The notes beneath the pieces were generated by a model. It had not been told where the DNA came from. It was given only the letters and a program-made list of their open reading frames with translations, and ran no database searches. Below, piece by piece: positions 24,400 to 37,519 of a DNA stretch of 64,000 nt. A program made the translations under genes and the position numbers. The stretch is taken from contig NC_058368.1 in assembly GCF_018350175.1 (NCBI RefSeq), forward strand, positions 201,254,001 through 201,318,000, written 5' to 3'. Source of the stretch: Felis catus (Eukaryota). Each line of letters opens with the position of its first letter. Positions within the stretch are counted from its first letter, which is position 1.

Positions 24400-24855
24400 T
24401 CTGTGCATTGAATGGCGTGGCAGCCATAAAGAGAAACCTGTGTGGAGCATAGCTGACTGCCAGCCTCCAGTTGCCACACCATTGAATGCCCTGTGATGTT
24501 CACGCCAAGGTCATCCTCTCACAAGGTTCCTCATAGCCAATGACTAAGCATGGCAAGGGAACTAGAGCCTGGTCATTTTTTGCCTGATATGGTACTTTTC
24601 TGTGGGTAACCTTTGCTTAGGATTTCCCTATCAGTCTCTACAAGATTTTTTCAGAACTGCAGGTCAGTCTGAAGCTCTTCTCACTTAAGTCTCCTCACTT
24701 CCTTCTCTCCAAAAGTATCATATTTGCATCACAGTCTGAAGACCCTTCCCTTCTTCTCTGCCCCTTCCTCCTTTATCATTCACAGGCATTTTTTACAAAT
24801 CTTTTGCCTGTCTGATCTCTCAGCACTTCCCGCTTAGAGCTCCCAAACTGACACT
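24400..24855 (+). mobile_element. ERV-L class LTR (LTR16-like)
   Basis: agctgactgccagcctccag, agccaatgactaagcatggc, cctttatcattcacaggcat, cccaaactgaca end. Confidence 0.75.
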
Positions 24856-24894
24856 CATAGATCAGAAAGTTAATGGGGATACCACATCTCATCC

Positions 24895-25275
24895 CACTTG
24901 GCCTCAGCTGGGGCCACTCAAAGACCAGAGACTGGAATTATCTAAAGACTGTCTCACATTTTTGGCATTTGAAGTTGGCTCATGGCCAACTAACAGCACC
25001 TTGGTTGGTGCTATTCACTGGAAGGTATATGTGTGGCCTCTCCCTATGGCTAGGGTTTCCTCCCCTGGCTCTGAGTCCCAGGAGAGAAAGAGCTGGGCAG
25101 AAGCCATATTGCCTTTTATGATCTAGCCTCAAAATCACACTGCCACTCATCTACTGCATCGTATTAGTCATACACAGGGCCAACTCTGATTGACTATAAG
25201 AGGTAATCTCACAGGCACATATTGCCAAGAAGTGTGTGAATCACTGAGGGCTATCTTGGAAGCTGACTTACCTCA
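24895..25275 (-). mobile_element. MaLR LTR fragment (MLT1)
   Basis: ggcctcagctggg, ttgccttttatgatctagcctcaaaatcaca, gggctatcttggaagctgacttacc. Confidence 0.75.
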
Positions 25276-26277
25276 GTCTAAATGCAACCCAGAAAAATTT
25301 ATAGATTTTGAAAATATTGTGTTAAAACAAAGTAAGAGGCAGAAGGAACTCTACAGCAAAATATTTTTATAAATTTAAAACACACAAACACAAAACCATA
25401 ATACACATAAGAATGCATACAAACAAAAGGTTATGCATCAGACATTTTAGAATGGCTGCTTATGGGAAGAAAAGCAGAATGAGGGTGGGAAATGATAATA
25501 AAATATTTAAAAACAAAATATACTTTGCTATTCTTAACAAATATATAATTAGAACGTAGTTTTCCATTCACATGTAAAAATTCATACTTCAAAACTATAT
25601 CCACATGGAGGTGTGCTAAATACTATTAGAAAACAGAGGTAGATCACAACTCCATTACTTTCCTGGGAGCAAGAATTTCAGGCAACATGAAATTCTCCCA
25701 ATAGAAACTTTACTTCAGTTTCTACTCAAACAATTAATGGTGATCTGGAGCTCTTTGCAAATGGACCTTGATTAGGGTCTCTTATTTGTTCAAGATTGGC
25801 CAATAGTCAACATTAAACCCTTAAGAATGATGATTTCCTGTGTTTTGAGTTCAATTATTTACATGACGTACATGTAAAATTTGAAGATAATAAATACAAA
25901 TGACATATTTTGCATTTGAGAATTTTCTACATTAAGTCTATAAATTCATTGAGATACCGTTATTCATCGGTCATGTATTTATAGATTTGTCATTTGTTTA
26001 CTTGAATCAGCAAATAAGACGTTTAAGACTAATTTAGAAAAGATTTGTGGATTGTAAGGACACGAATCTCTAAACTTGAATATGTTTTGAATTCATGTAT
26101 TTCTTTTAAAACAGGAAAAAAGTGACAATTTTTGTAAAATTATATTTTCTCCTCTTTAAAATATTTAAATGAGTAAGTTTTTTCCCATTTGCAATGTGCT
26201 TCACTTTCATTACAAAGTATGGCATCACAGAGAATTATAACAAAAGTTATACTAATTATTTATACATATACGTATAT

Positions 26278-26280
<3 letters not shown>

Positions 26281-26324
<44 letters not shown>
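26281..26324. repeat. (TG)n microsatellite
   Basis: Direct read, about 22 units. Confidence 0.98.
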
Positions 26325-26328
<4 letters not shown>

Positions 26329-27256
26329 ATTTTAATTCCTCTACCTTTTAAACCTCTGCATGCAGGTCTCTGTAAAAATTCCTTAGTCTGACAGTTGGCA
26401 GCTAGTCAATGCTGAACCAACTTCCTGTGTAAGGACATTATTTTGCATGTCCTTCGAGACTGGATAATTAATGTGTAACGTTTTACTTAAAACTCTAATT
26501 AAGTTTAAATTAAAATTCTTTGGGGGTTTAATAGCGGAGGAAGCATTTTGGTGCCTTTTTCACTTAAGCGTTATATTTGCCAGCCTGTCTGGGTTAAAGC
26601 ACCTCCATTTATACATACTTAATATTGTTGTTTTAATGTTGGCGTTTGGTCTGGAAACTTTAAGAAAACTTTGTTGGTTTTTTTCCTACCCTCTATTGCA
26701 AACGTTTCGCTTTGTGTTCAAGATATTATAAAACAAATAAGGCATTCATTTACTGTTTACTTCTTTCTAGAAACTAGAAAAGTACTATTTACTCAGTTCT
26801 TTATAACTTCACATATAAACACTGTAAATTAAGACTCATCTTCAAGAACTTTTCTTTCTGTTCTTCAAGGAGCCTCGTTAGATACATGTGTAAATATTCT
26901 TTTCTCCACTATCTTGCTTTTCTCCTTTCTGATCTGCAGGCACTGATTCTGTTCTGAGGACCAATCATATGGATATGAAAATTCATGAACAGGCTGTATC
27001 CACACACATTACCAATTGGAAGACGGCCTTGTCTCCAGCTTGAATATACTCTCCACCCCCACCTTTGAGAGGTATCACAATATCTTAAAAGGGTTTTCAA
27101 ATTAATTTTTACATTCAATACATTGTGTTAGTTCTACCCACTCTAAATGTCCCCTCCTTTTCTCCCTACAGATCTCAGAATTAGGAAAAGCTTTAACTTA
27201 AAATGAATCACTTACTATTATTCCTACCCAAGAATATTTTTTAACTTAAAAAAATA

Positions 27257-27456
27257 GGGGCGCCTGAGTGGCTCAGTCGGTTAAGCGTCCAACTTCAGCT
27301 CAGGTCACGATCTCGCAGTCCGTGAGTTCGAGCCCTGTGTTCTGGGCTGATGGCTCAGAGCCTGGAGCCTGCTTCCAATTCTGTGTCTCCCCCTCTCTCT
27401 GCCCCTCCCCCGTTCATGCTCTGTCTCTCTCTGTCCCAAAAATAAATAAACGTTAA
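27257..27456 (+). mobile_element. Young CanSINE (SINEC_Fc) whose tail runs directly into L1 sequence
   Basis: ggggcgcctgagtggctcagtcggttaagcg...ctgtcccaaaaataaataaacgttaa. Confidence 0.97.
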
Positions 27457-28368
27457 TCCAAAATCTATAAAGAGCTCACCAAACTCCACACCCGAAAAAC
27501 AAATAACCCAGTGAAGAAATGGGCAGAAAACATGAATAGACACTTCTCTAAAGAAGACATCCGGATGGCCAACAGGCACATGAAAAGATGCTCAACGTCG
27601 CTCCTTATCAGGGAAATACAAATCAAAACCACACTCAGATATCACCTCACGCCAGTCAGAGTGGCCAAAATGAACAAATCAGGAGACTATAGATGCTGGC
27701 GAGGATGTGGAGAAACGGGAACCCTCTTGCACTGTTGGTGGGAATGCAAATTGGTGCAGCCACTCTGGAAAGCAGTGTGGAGGTTCCTCAGAAAATTAAA
27801 AATAGACCTACCCTATGACCCAGCAATAGCCCTGCTAGGAATTTACCCAAGGGATACAGGAGTACTGATGCATAGGGGCACTTGTACCCCAATGTTTATA
27901 GCAGCATTTTCAACAATAGCCAAATTATGGAAAGAGCCTAAATGTCCATCAACTGATGAATGGATAAAGAAATTGTGGTTTATATACACAATGGAGTACT
28001 ACGTGGCAATGAGAAAGAACGAAATATGGCCCTTTGTAGCAACGTGGATGGAACTGGAGAGTGTGATGCTAAGTGAAATAAGTCATACAGAGAAAGACAG
28101 ATACCGTATGTTTTCACTCTTATGTGGATCCTGAGAAACTTAACAGAAACCCATGGAGGAGGGGAAGGAAAAAAAAAAAAAGAGGTTAGAGTGGGAGAGA
28201 GCCAAAGCATAACAGACTTTTAAAAACTGAGAACAAACTGAGGGTTGATGGGGGGTGGGAGGGAGGGGAGGGTGGGGGATGGGTATTGAGGAGGGCACCT
28301 TTTGGGATGAGCATTGGGTGTTGTGTGGAAACCAATTTGACAATAAATTTCATATATTGAAAAAAAAA
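27457..28368 (+). mobile_element. Young 5'-truncated felid L1: ORF2 C-terminus, G-rich 3' UTR, poly(A) signal and tail
   Basis: Uninterrupted ORF2 frame to the stop at 28134; G-tracts at 28249-28283; AATAAA at 28342 then an A run. Confidence 0.97.
27511..28134 (+). pseudogene. L1 ORF2p C-terminal fragment (cysteine-rich domain); truncated and non-autonomous
   Basis: 207-aa ORF with [18 protein letters not shown] (CX3CX7HX4C), [14 protein letters not shown] and TMEYY, all hallmarks of L1 ORF2p. Confidence 0.95.
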
Positions 28369-28908
28369 TTTTTTTTTAATTAAAAAAAAAATACCTGAAG
28401 TTGTTGGTAATTTGCTGTATCTAAAGAACAGGCCAGGTTCACATAATTTATCTATGGCCATAGACGTAAACTGTTATTGAATGTCAACTGATACATTTAA
28501 TAAATCTTTAAGGTGGATGACTTGGTCAAGGTTACCATGACTGAATGGTGATCGTTTCTGGAAAAAAAACAGGTCAACTCATGTATAGAAAAATCCAGTC
28601 ACATCCCGTTTTGGCTTTAGCACCTGCGCTTCGCACAAGTGGCATCTTTCAAAAATATGTTGAATTTTCCTATTGTTTATTGTATTGTAGCTAAATGTCC
28701 ACTAGGAAATAAATGAGAATTCATTAATTTATACAAATAAATATGTTAAATAAATAAATAAGCATTCATTATTAATTTATCTAAATTAATTACGATCTCT
28801 GCCAGGATTGAATGAAGAATTTAAGAAAGTGAAATAAGTGATAGTAAATTTAATGTACTTACTTATTTTTTCTGATCTGTTTAAAAAACAATATTACTTT
28901 TTTTTCTT

Positions 28909-29116
28909 TATTTCTCATGTTTTTAAATTTATTTTTGAGAGAGAGAGAGAGTGCGAGCAGAGAAGAAGCCAAGAGAGGAAGACATAGAATCTGAAGCAGG
29001 CTCCAGGCTCTGAGCTGTCAGCACAGAGCCCGATGCTGCGCTGGAACTCCTGAACCGGCAGATCATGACCTGAGCTGAGGTCAGCCGCTTAACCCACTGA
29101 GCCACCCGGGCGCCCC
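28909..29116 (-). mobile_element. CanSINE (SINEC_Fc-like)
   Basis: SINE body; flanks aatattactttttttt(t)ctt on both sides (TSD). Confidence 0.96.
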
Positions 29117-29391
29117 AATATTACTTTTTTTCTTAAGGCATATGGGACTCATAACATTGTTATAATAAACATATTCATTATTGTCACAACAATAAGTTAA
29201 TTAAAACAGAGGTAAAAACACTATTTTCTCATGTATTTGCATAATTACTGGGAAATTAAATTATATTATCCATAAAAGTGACTTGTAGCAAAGGAAAGAA
29301 AGAGGAAAATTGATTTTAAATAGTAGCTAGCAGTGCAAATCACGTTAGGAAACAACTCTTACCTTTATTGTGAAGTAAAAATAAAACTATA

Positions 29392-29570
29392 GGGACACCT
29401 GACTGGCTCAGTCGACTGAGCGTCTGACTCTTGATTTCCAGTCAGGTCATGTTCCCAGGGTTATGGAAAGGAGTCTGGAACATGGAACCTGCTTAAGATC
29501 CTCTCTCTTTCCCTCTGCGCCTCTACCCTGCTCATGTGCACTCGTTCTCCAAAATAAAAAAATAAATAAT
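29392..29570 (+). mobile_element. Older CanSINE
   Basis: gggacacctgactggctcagtcg head, A-rich tail, aataaaactata on both flanks. Confidence 0.92.
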
Positions 29571-29852
29571 AAAACTATAATTCTTAGTTTTGTAAGAATT
29601 TATCTTGAACATTTGCCAAAAGATTTTTTTCGGTCAGTAATTTATTTATCCAACAAATATATGTCAACCAGTAAGCTAAATCAGGATGTTTTTATTTAAC
29701 ATTATCAATTTATCTCAAATAGTTATTTTATAGAATTTTAAAATCCTATTGCAACATTTATGTTTCGTTTTTTAAAAATGCCAAAATGTCTAAAATAACA
29801 CAGTTTTTAAGGTTTACAAAATATATAGCACATTATTTTAAGCCTCCTCTAA

Positions 29853-29968
29853 CTTTTTTTTTTTAAGATTTTATTTTTAGGTAATCTCGACACCCAACGT
29901 GGGGCTCAAACCCACAACCCTGATATCAAGAGTCCCACACTCCACTGACTGAGCCAACCAGGTGCCCC
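29853..29968 (-). mobile_element. Short old CanSINE (tRNA-Lys-like head, no CT tract)
   Basis: Reverse complement ggggcacctggttggctcagtcagtggag...gagattacctaaaaataaaatcttaaaa; flanks aagcctcctctaa / aaaccttctctaa. Confidence 0.92.
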
Positions 29969-31838
29969 AAACCTTCTCTAATTTTATAATATATTTTACT
30001 AAAATTTCATAATGAATTTTAATGATACAATTATTGATCCTATATATTTATTTCACCAATATTGTCTAGATGAGACTATTTTGTAGATGGAGTGTACATA
30101 AGCAAATACATTAAAGATGAAAATTTAGTTAAAAATGTTAGCCATCAGCATTTAAAATATTTACTCTATACTTTAAAGGGAGGGAGGGAGATGTGAAGAG
30201 AAAGAACAGACAGACGGAAAGAGAAGGGGAGAAGTAGGAAAGCAGAGGGAGAAGGAGAGGAAAAACAGCATGAATGTGTATTTGCAGGCAAAGAATTGAA
30301 GGTTGCAAATAAGTTTAAAACTGTTAATCTGAGGATTTAAAACTGGTCCAAATAATTTTGAGTCTATATGGTAATATTGTAATGGTTTATTGAAATAATT
30401 GAATACTCACGTTGCATCTTTGATGTTTTTGCTTGCATTTTATCTTTTGCTACATGTTCTCTTGTGTTTATTTATTTTTAATTTTAGTAAAATTTTATAA
30501 AGTAAAACAAAAAGAAAAGAAAAGAAAAGAAGCCCTTTGTCAAGATTTCTCCAAAAAGTATGCAACTTCAAATCAGTTGCCTACCATTCTCTTTTAATCG
30601 GTGTTTTTTAATATTTTACTATCATATTGCAAATTTTCAGATTCTACAGGATAAAACAAACCCATGTTCTTTCAACATGCTATGAAAAGAAACAAAACTG
30701 ACTTTTAATGTAACCATGAAACTGTGGCATTCCATAAATTGCAAATTATCAATGTGTGTTACAATACCAAATGTCCAATAATCCCTTGGCAGCTATTTTG
30801 AACAGAAAATCTGTTGGCAAGTTAATGTTCTATTGAGGCCTTTGCTTTAGGGAGAGTGTAAGAAGAGTTTTGAAGACATATTTTGGGACCCTAGATTTAT
30901 AACCCCTGCTCTTTACCAGATTTACCATGTAATCTTTAATCTCTGGAAAACTTTGATTTAACATGTCATCTAAAAGATATTACTTTATAATTTCAATGAT
31001 ACAGCCCGAATGCCATGCATTTTGTGGTGCCTAGAAAATTACAAATATCTCTGTGTATTTAGGTAAGAGTATCCTTTCTTATCTATTTTATTTGTGTTTT
31101 TAACTGTATAAAGAAAAACATGAAGAAATGTAATAACATATTGTTCACAATTTGAAATTGTATTGAATTTTATATGAGCATTAAACACAAGAATGTCTGT
31201 TTTTGTAATCAGATATGTCTCCTTTTAGGTTTATCTCTTACTATTAAATACACCTTTTTTAAAATAAGGATTCTTATTAAGATTTAGAGATGATGGCATT
31301 TTGGCTTATTTCCAACGACTTGAATTTAGTAGTCTTTGTCTTATATGATACTTAAGAGAGTTTACATGCTATTTATGTTGGCTAACTCTATAATCAATTT
31401 CACAAAATTTGCTAATTTTCTTCTAAGAATTGGGCTTGAAATTCTATACTCTCAAGATGTGATGCTGTCTGTAGTATAAGATAAAATCTCCAGGGTAAAG
31501 AAATTTTAGTATGTTATAAAGATTATATTTCATTTTATAATGTCCAAAGATCCATAGAAAAAAATGTTCATAACACTTAAGAAGTATGACTTTTAAATTA
31601 GTCACATGAAATTCTAGGCATAAACATTTAAGTTAGCTCATGACCAACCTTTTCCTGCAAACAACAAATGATAAAGTCAAATTTCAAAAGCTGTTAAATT
31701 ATGAAGATATTTAAACATCTGGTTATCCATATATTTATATGGAAAGTGATTCTAGAAAAGTCAATTGTGAAGTTTTGAATTAAGGGTTGAGAATGAAATG
31801 TTATGACATGTAATTCTTTTTAAAAATAGGTGGCTTTT

Positions 31839-31863
31839 CTTTTTTCAATAGGTATAGATAAAA

Positions 31864-31916
<53 letters not shown>

Positions 31917-34900
31917 AGATCAAAAAATATAAACTGCATTTTTAAAGAAATTACTTTTTCCACCCCCTACCTCAACTTCTGCCTGTGGCAATTAGTAATC
32001 TGTTCTGTATCTATGAGCTTGTTTTTCTTTTTTTTATTCTACATATAAGAGAGATCACAAAATATTTTTCTTTCTCTCTGTAACTTAGTTCACTTAGCAT
32101 AATGCCCTTGAGGTACAGAGGTCTAACTATGTTGAGCAAATAGTAAATTTCGTTCTTTTTTTATTACCAAATAATATTCCATTGTATGTATAAAATAAAA
32201 ATATAATAAAATAAAACTATAAATTATATATAAATGTATATATACCACAATTTCTTTATCTATTCATCCGTTAATGGATACTTAGACTGTTTCTGTATCT
32301 TGGCGATTTTAAATTATGCTGCAATGGACATGGGGGTAAATGTGTTTTTAAGTTAGTGTTTTCTTTGTTTTTTGGATAAATATCTAGAAGTGGAGTTACT
32401 GGATCACATGGTAGTTCTATTTTTAATTTTTTGAGAAACCTCCATACTATTTTCCCTAGTGGCTGAGCCAGTTTATATTCTCAGCAATAGTGCCTAATGG
32501 TTCTCTTTTCCACATGCTTACCAACATTTGTCATTTCTTGTCTTTTTGATAATAGTCATTCTAACAGATGTGAGGAGATACCTCATTGTGGTTTTGATTT
32601 GCATTTCCCTGGTGATCAGTGACATTGAGCATCTTTTCATGTACCTGTTGGCCATCTCTCTCTCTATATATATATTTTGGAAATATGTCCTCTGCCAGTT
32701 TTTAATTGGATTGTTTATTTTTGGCTATTGAAATGTATAAATTTTTTATAATTTTAGATATTAGCCCCTTTTCAGATATATGAGCTGCAAATATTTTCTC
32801 CCATTCAGTAAGTTGCCTTTTCATTTTGTTGGTTTCCTTAACTGTACAAAAGATTTTTAGTATGATGTAATCCCACTTATTAATTTTTGCTTTTGTTGCT
32901 TTTGCTTTTGGTGTCAGATTCAAAAAAATCATCAGTGAGACCTATGTCAAGGAGTTTCCACCTGGTTTATCCTATGAGTTTATGGTTTTAATTCTACCAT
33001 TTAAGTCTTTAATCCATTCTGAGTTAATTTTTGCCTATGGTGTAATGGTGGTCCAGTTTCATTCTTTTGCATGTGACTGTCCAGTCTTCCCAACACTATT
33101 TCTTGAAGAAACACTCCTTTCCCCTTTGTATACTCTTGGTTCCTTTGTCTTAAATTAGTTAACCATATATGTGTGGATTTATTTCTGGGCTCTCTATTCT
33201 GTTCCATTTATCTGTGTGTCTGTTTTTATGGCCATACCATACCGTTTTAATTGCTATAAATTTGTGATATAGTTTGAAATCAGGGGATGTGATGTCTCCA
33301 GTTTTGTTTTTCTTCTCAATATTGCTTTGGCTATTCAGGTTTTTGGTAGTTCAATACACATTTTAATATTTTTTGTTCTATTTATTTGAAAAATGCCACT
33401 GGAATTTTGATAGGCATTGTACTGAATGTACAATTGTAGACTCCTTTGAGTTGTATGGACATCTTAATATTGGTTCTACAAATCCAGAGGACAAAATATC
33501 TTTCCATTTATTTGTGTTTTCTTCAGTTCCTTTCATTAATGTCTTATAGTTTCCAATGCACAGGTCTTTCATCTCATTGGTTAAATTTATTCCTATGTAT
33601 TTTATTCTTTTCAATGCAATTTTAAATGGGATTGTGTTCTTTATTTCTCTTTCTGATAGTTCATTGATAGTGTATAGAAATGCAACCTATTTTTGTGAAT
33701 TGATTTTGTATCCTGCAACCTTATTGAATTTATTAATTAGTTCATTTTTTTGATGAAATCTTTAGGCTTTTCTATATATAGTAGCATGTCATCTGGAAGG
33801 AGTGACAGTGTTGCTTCTTTCTTTTGGATTTGGATGGCTTTTATTTCTTTTTATTGCCTGATTGCTCTGGCTAGGACTTCCAATACTATGCTGAATAAAG
33901 TGGTAGAATGGGATCCCTGTGTTATTTCTGTTCTTAGGGATAAGGTTTTCAGCTTTTCACCATTGAACATAATGTCTTCTGTAGACTTGTCATATATGGC
34001 TTTTATTATACTGAGGTATATTCCTTCTATACTATCTTTGTTGAGAGTTTTCAATCATAAAAATCAATGAAGAAACATTAACTTTAAAAGATGTGTTAGA
34101 CCAGATGGACTTAACAGATATATACAGAACATTCCCTTCAAAAGCAAGAGAAGACACATTCTTCTTAAATGCACATTGAATATTTTCCGGGATAGATCAT
34201 ATGTTAGGCCACAAAATAAATCATAATAAATGTAAGAGTATTGACATCATATAAAGCATCTTTTGCAACCATAATGTTAAGAAACTAGAATTACACAAGG
34301 AAAACTGGAAACTTCACAAATGTGTGGAGATTAAACAACATACTACTGAACAACCAATGGGTAGGAGAAGAAAACAAAAGAGAAATACACACCTAGAGAT
34401 AAACAAAAGTGGAAATAAAATATACCAAAATTTGTGGGATGCAGCAAAAACAGTTCTAATAGGGAAGTTCATAGCAAGACATGCTTACCTCAAGAAATAT
34501 GAAAAGTCTAAAATAAACAACCTAACTTTAGATCTGAAGGGAATAGAAAAAGAAGAATAAATGAAGCCCATTGTTAGATGAAGGAAGGAATTAACAGATT
34601 AGAATAGAAACAAATAAAATAGAGACTAAAAATATAGTTAAGAAGATCAATGAAACTAGAGGTTGCTTGAAAAGATAAGCAAAATTGATAAACCTTTAGC
34701 TAGTCTCACCATAGAGAGACAGAGAGCACTCAAATAAATAAAATCACGAATGAAAGAGGAGATTTTTCAATTGATTCCTCAGAAATACAAAGGATCATGA
34801 GAAACTACTATGAATAATTACACACCAACAAATTGGACAACCTAGAAGATATCGATGTATTTTTAGAAACATGCAACCTACCAAAACTGAGTCATAATGA

Positions 34901-35418
34901 AATAGAAAATCTGAACAGACTGATTGCTAATAAAAAGATTGAATCAGTAATCAAAAACCTCCCAACAACCAAATCGAGGACCAGCTGTCTTCACTGGTGA
35001 ATTCTACCAAACATTCAAAGAATTAATACCAATTCTTCTCAAATTTTTCTCAGAAAGAGAAGAAGAGAGAACTTTTCCAAACTCATTTGCATAACCCAGA
35101 TAGCAAAACCAAAACCAAAACCAAAGTAGGATGCAATAAGAAATGAAAATTATAGACCAATATCTCTGATGAACATAGATGCAAAAATGCTCAAGAAATA
35201 TTAGCAAACCAATTCAGCCACGCATTAAAAGGATCATACACTGTGATCAAGTGGGATTTATTCTAGGGATGCAAGGATAGTTCAACATCTGCAAATCAGT
35301 CAATGTGATACACCACATTAAAAAAAATGAAGGATAAAAATCATATGATCATCTCAAGTGATACAAAACCACATTTGACAAAATTCAACATCCATTTATG
35401 ATAAAAGCTCTCAGCAGA
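31839..35418 (-). mobile_element. Older L1 with 5' inversion: 3' segment on minus (31839-34062), inverted ORF2 EN-to-RT segment on plus (34060-35418)
   Basis: Minus ORFs [21 protein letters not shown] and [15 protein letters not shown]; plus strand reads KINEETLTLKDVLDQMDLTDIYRTF through KIQHPFMIKALS; candidate TSD gtggctytt at 31830-31838 and 35419-35427. Confidence 0.92.
31868..31913. repeat. (CA)n microsatellite within the L1 3' end
   Basis: Direct read. Confidence 0.98.
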
Positions 35419-35904
35419 GTGGCTCTTAATTCTTGAATGTGGACACTATTATGATGTTCTTTAAGATGTTTTTCTAGTAGTGGTTGTGGCTATGAATCAC
35501 AATCTCATATTATTGTTTGCTTGGCTTTCCTTATTACCTAAAGGAATTTTAAAGGCGGTAGGTGAAGATTAAGAGTCTGCTATCTGGCTAAAGCAACGTT
35601 AACACATATGAGAGAATCAACCTTGGCAGAAATCACAGATTGGGCCTTATTACTCCCGTAGTTAAAAACCCTTCCAAATTTCCCTGGTGCCTACTGTCTA
35701 CAATTTGAGTAGTGTGCACCCTTGGTAGTGTGCACAAGAGGATCTCCATGAACTTGTTTCTATCCACTGACCTGGTCTCGTTCCTCCTATTCCTCACGCT
35801 TAATACTTCGGCAATGCCAGGTTACATGTAACCCCATACGTATATTGTTTCATGCTATTCTGCTGTACTCTTCTTCTGTTTGCTTGCAATATCCTTCCCA
35901 AAGA

Positions 35905-36125
35905 GTGACAGCATAACACCATTGTTAAGAGTGTGCACTGTGGAGTCAGGCATGCAGACTGATTTTAAATCTCTATCGTGGGCATTTTGAAAGGTTCTTT
36001 ACCCTCTATAAACCTCAGTTGCCTTATCTGTAAAATAAATGCAGAAGTAACCCATAGGTGAAATTATGATTGTGACGGGATTAGTAAGGGTTGAGCACAA
36101 AATATGGGGTCAATAAATATTAGCT
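35905..36125 (+). mobile_element. MIR SINE remnant
   Basis: gttaagagtgtgcactgtggagtcag...cctcagttgccttatctgtaaaat...caataaatattagct. Confidence 0.75.
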
Positions 36126-37519
36126 TCATAAGTAATTTATTAAGGAATCTTTGGGATATAAAATGAGTTTTTGCTCTAACAATTAATGCTAACTCAGCTC
36201 TAGTGGACCATCCTTTCCTCAATGTGTAATATGTTCCCTTAAATGTGCCATCTTAGTCCAATTCTACAGCTTTTTATTAACCTGTATTTATTCAAACAAT
36301 CTCATTTAAGTTCTTGAGGCTCAGTGCTGTTTGTTTAACAACTTTAATTTCATATTTTTTTCCAACCCCCTTAAGACAGGATAATTCAAGTCAAAAGGTG
36401 AGGGTAATAGTTTGTTTGTGTTTCTTCTCTCGTACGTATATGGACACACTCACCCCCTCTTCCATGAGTTTCCTAGTCTATTCTTGGCAAGAGAAGACAA
36501 GGCTGTAGTCTTGCAGTCTCCTGCTGGGCTGACTATATTGCTGTTCTAGCTTGTTTTTTTTGTGGGCTTGGTGTGGACAGATGTTTCTAACAACTCGCTG
36601 AAGAGAAGTGCTTCCTGAGCAACTTCCTAACATTTTCTGGCTGTCCCCTCACCCACCCAGCCAGACATCGCAGGTCATATGCCTCTGATGAATGTGCCTC
36701 TTCGCTCCATGTTGTGTTGTCACACCTGGAGTATAGTATACAATCCCATCTAACTTCCAGGGCTTCACGGCATCCATCTACTGTCACCCCATTTCTGGGC
36801 TTATTGTAACCTTCAGGATCCTGCGTACTATTTCCTGGGCAACTTAAAACAAGAGTGAAGGGAGTGGTATTGGACATCAATATGGCGGTATGGGGTGTTT
36901 CCATTCTAGAAATGCCTCATTATGACATCTGTCCCAATCCTCTTTTCAGATCCAGTACATAAATTTATATATAACCAAGTGACTTTGGGAGCCCTTTTAC
37001 CCTTGGCTTGAAAGAGAAAGGTACTTCTCTTTTACAAGGAGTATATAAGAGAAAACTGCCCCGCTTCATGAGCACCGTAATTCATCAAGAGGCAACATTT
37101 TCGCCTTAGGTGGACAATGGTTGAAGTAAAGATGGTATTGTGAAATAGCTGCCATCTCAGGAGGTCCTGCGGAGAGGTGGCTGCTTCCAATAGCCGGTGT
37201 TTCTTTTTGAATCTGTAGCTTAGAGTACTTAAAGCCTGATATTCTTACCCATCGTCCTTAGAATACAATTCCATTCTGAGCATATAATATTATCTTCTTA
37301 CATTTTTATTTTCTTTATCTGGGCATAATATTATCTCAGAAGTCTTACCTAAGTCCCAAATTTGATTAAAACGTTTTCTTCTCTTTGCTTCTATATCACC
37401 CTTGACCTTAGCACTTAGCACCATATATACTGGATATTTTATTTTCTCTTTTTTGCCTCGTATTTCAGCTAGTGTTCCAGCAGGAATGACAGAACCCAAG
37501 TAATCTTTGACTGGCTTAC

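Noticed and set aside
27511..28134. 207-aa ORF as a host gene
   Set aside because: It is the C-terminus of L1 ORF2p in a 5'-truncated element lacking the EN and RT domains.
29853..29968. tRNA-Lys-like sequence as a tRNA gene (also 40652-40760)
   Set aside because: It has an A-rich tail and TSD-like flanks and a diverged body; it is a tRNA-derived SINE.
36587..36904. 105-aa ATG-initiated minus-strand ORF
   Set aside because: No recognisable homology or supporting splice or promoter context; a BLASTP search would be needed to revive it.
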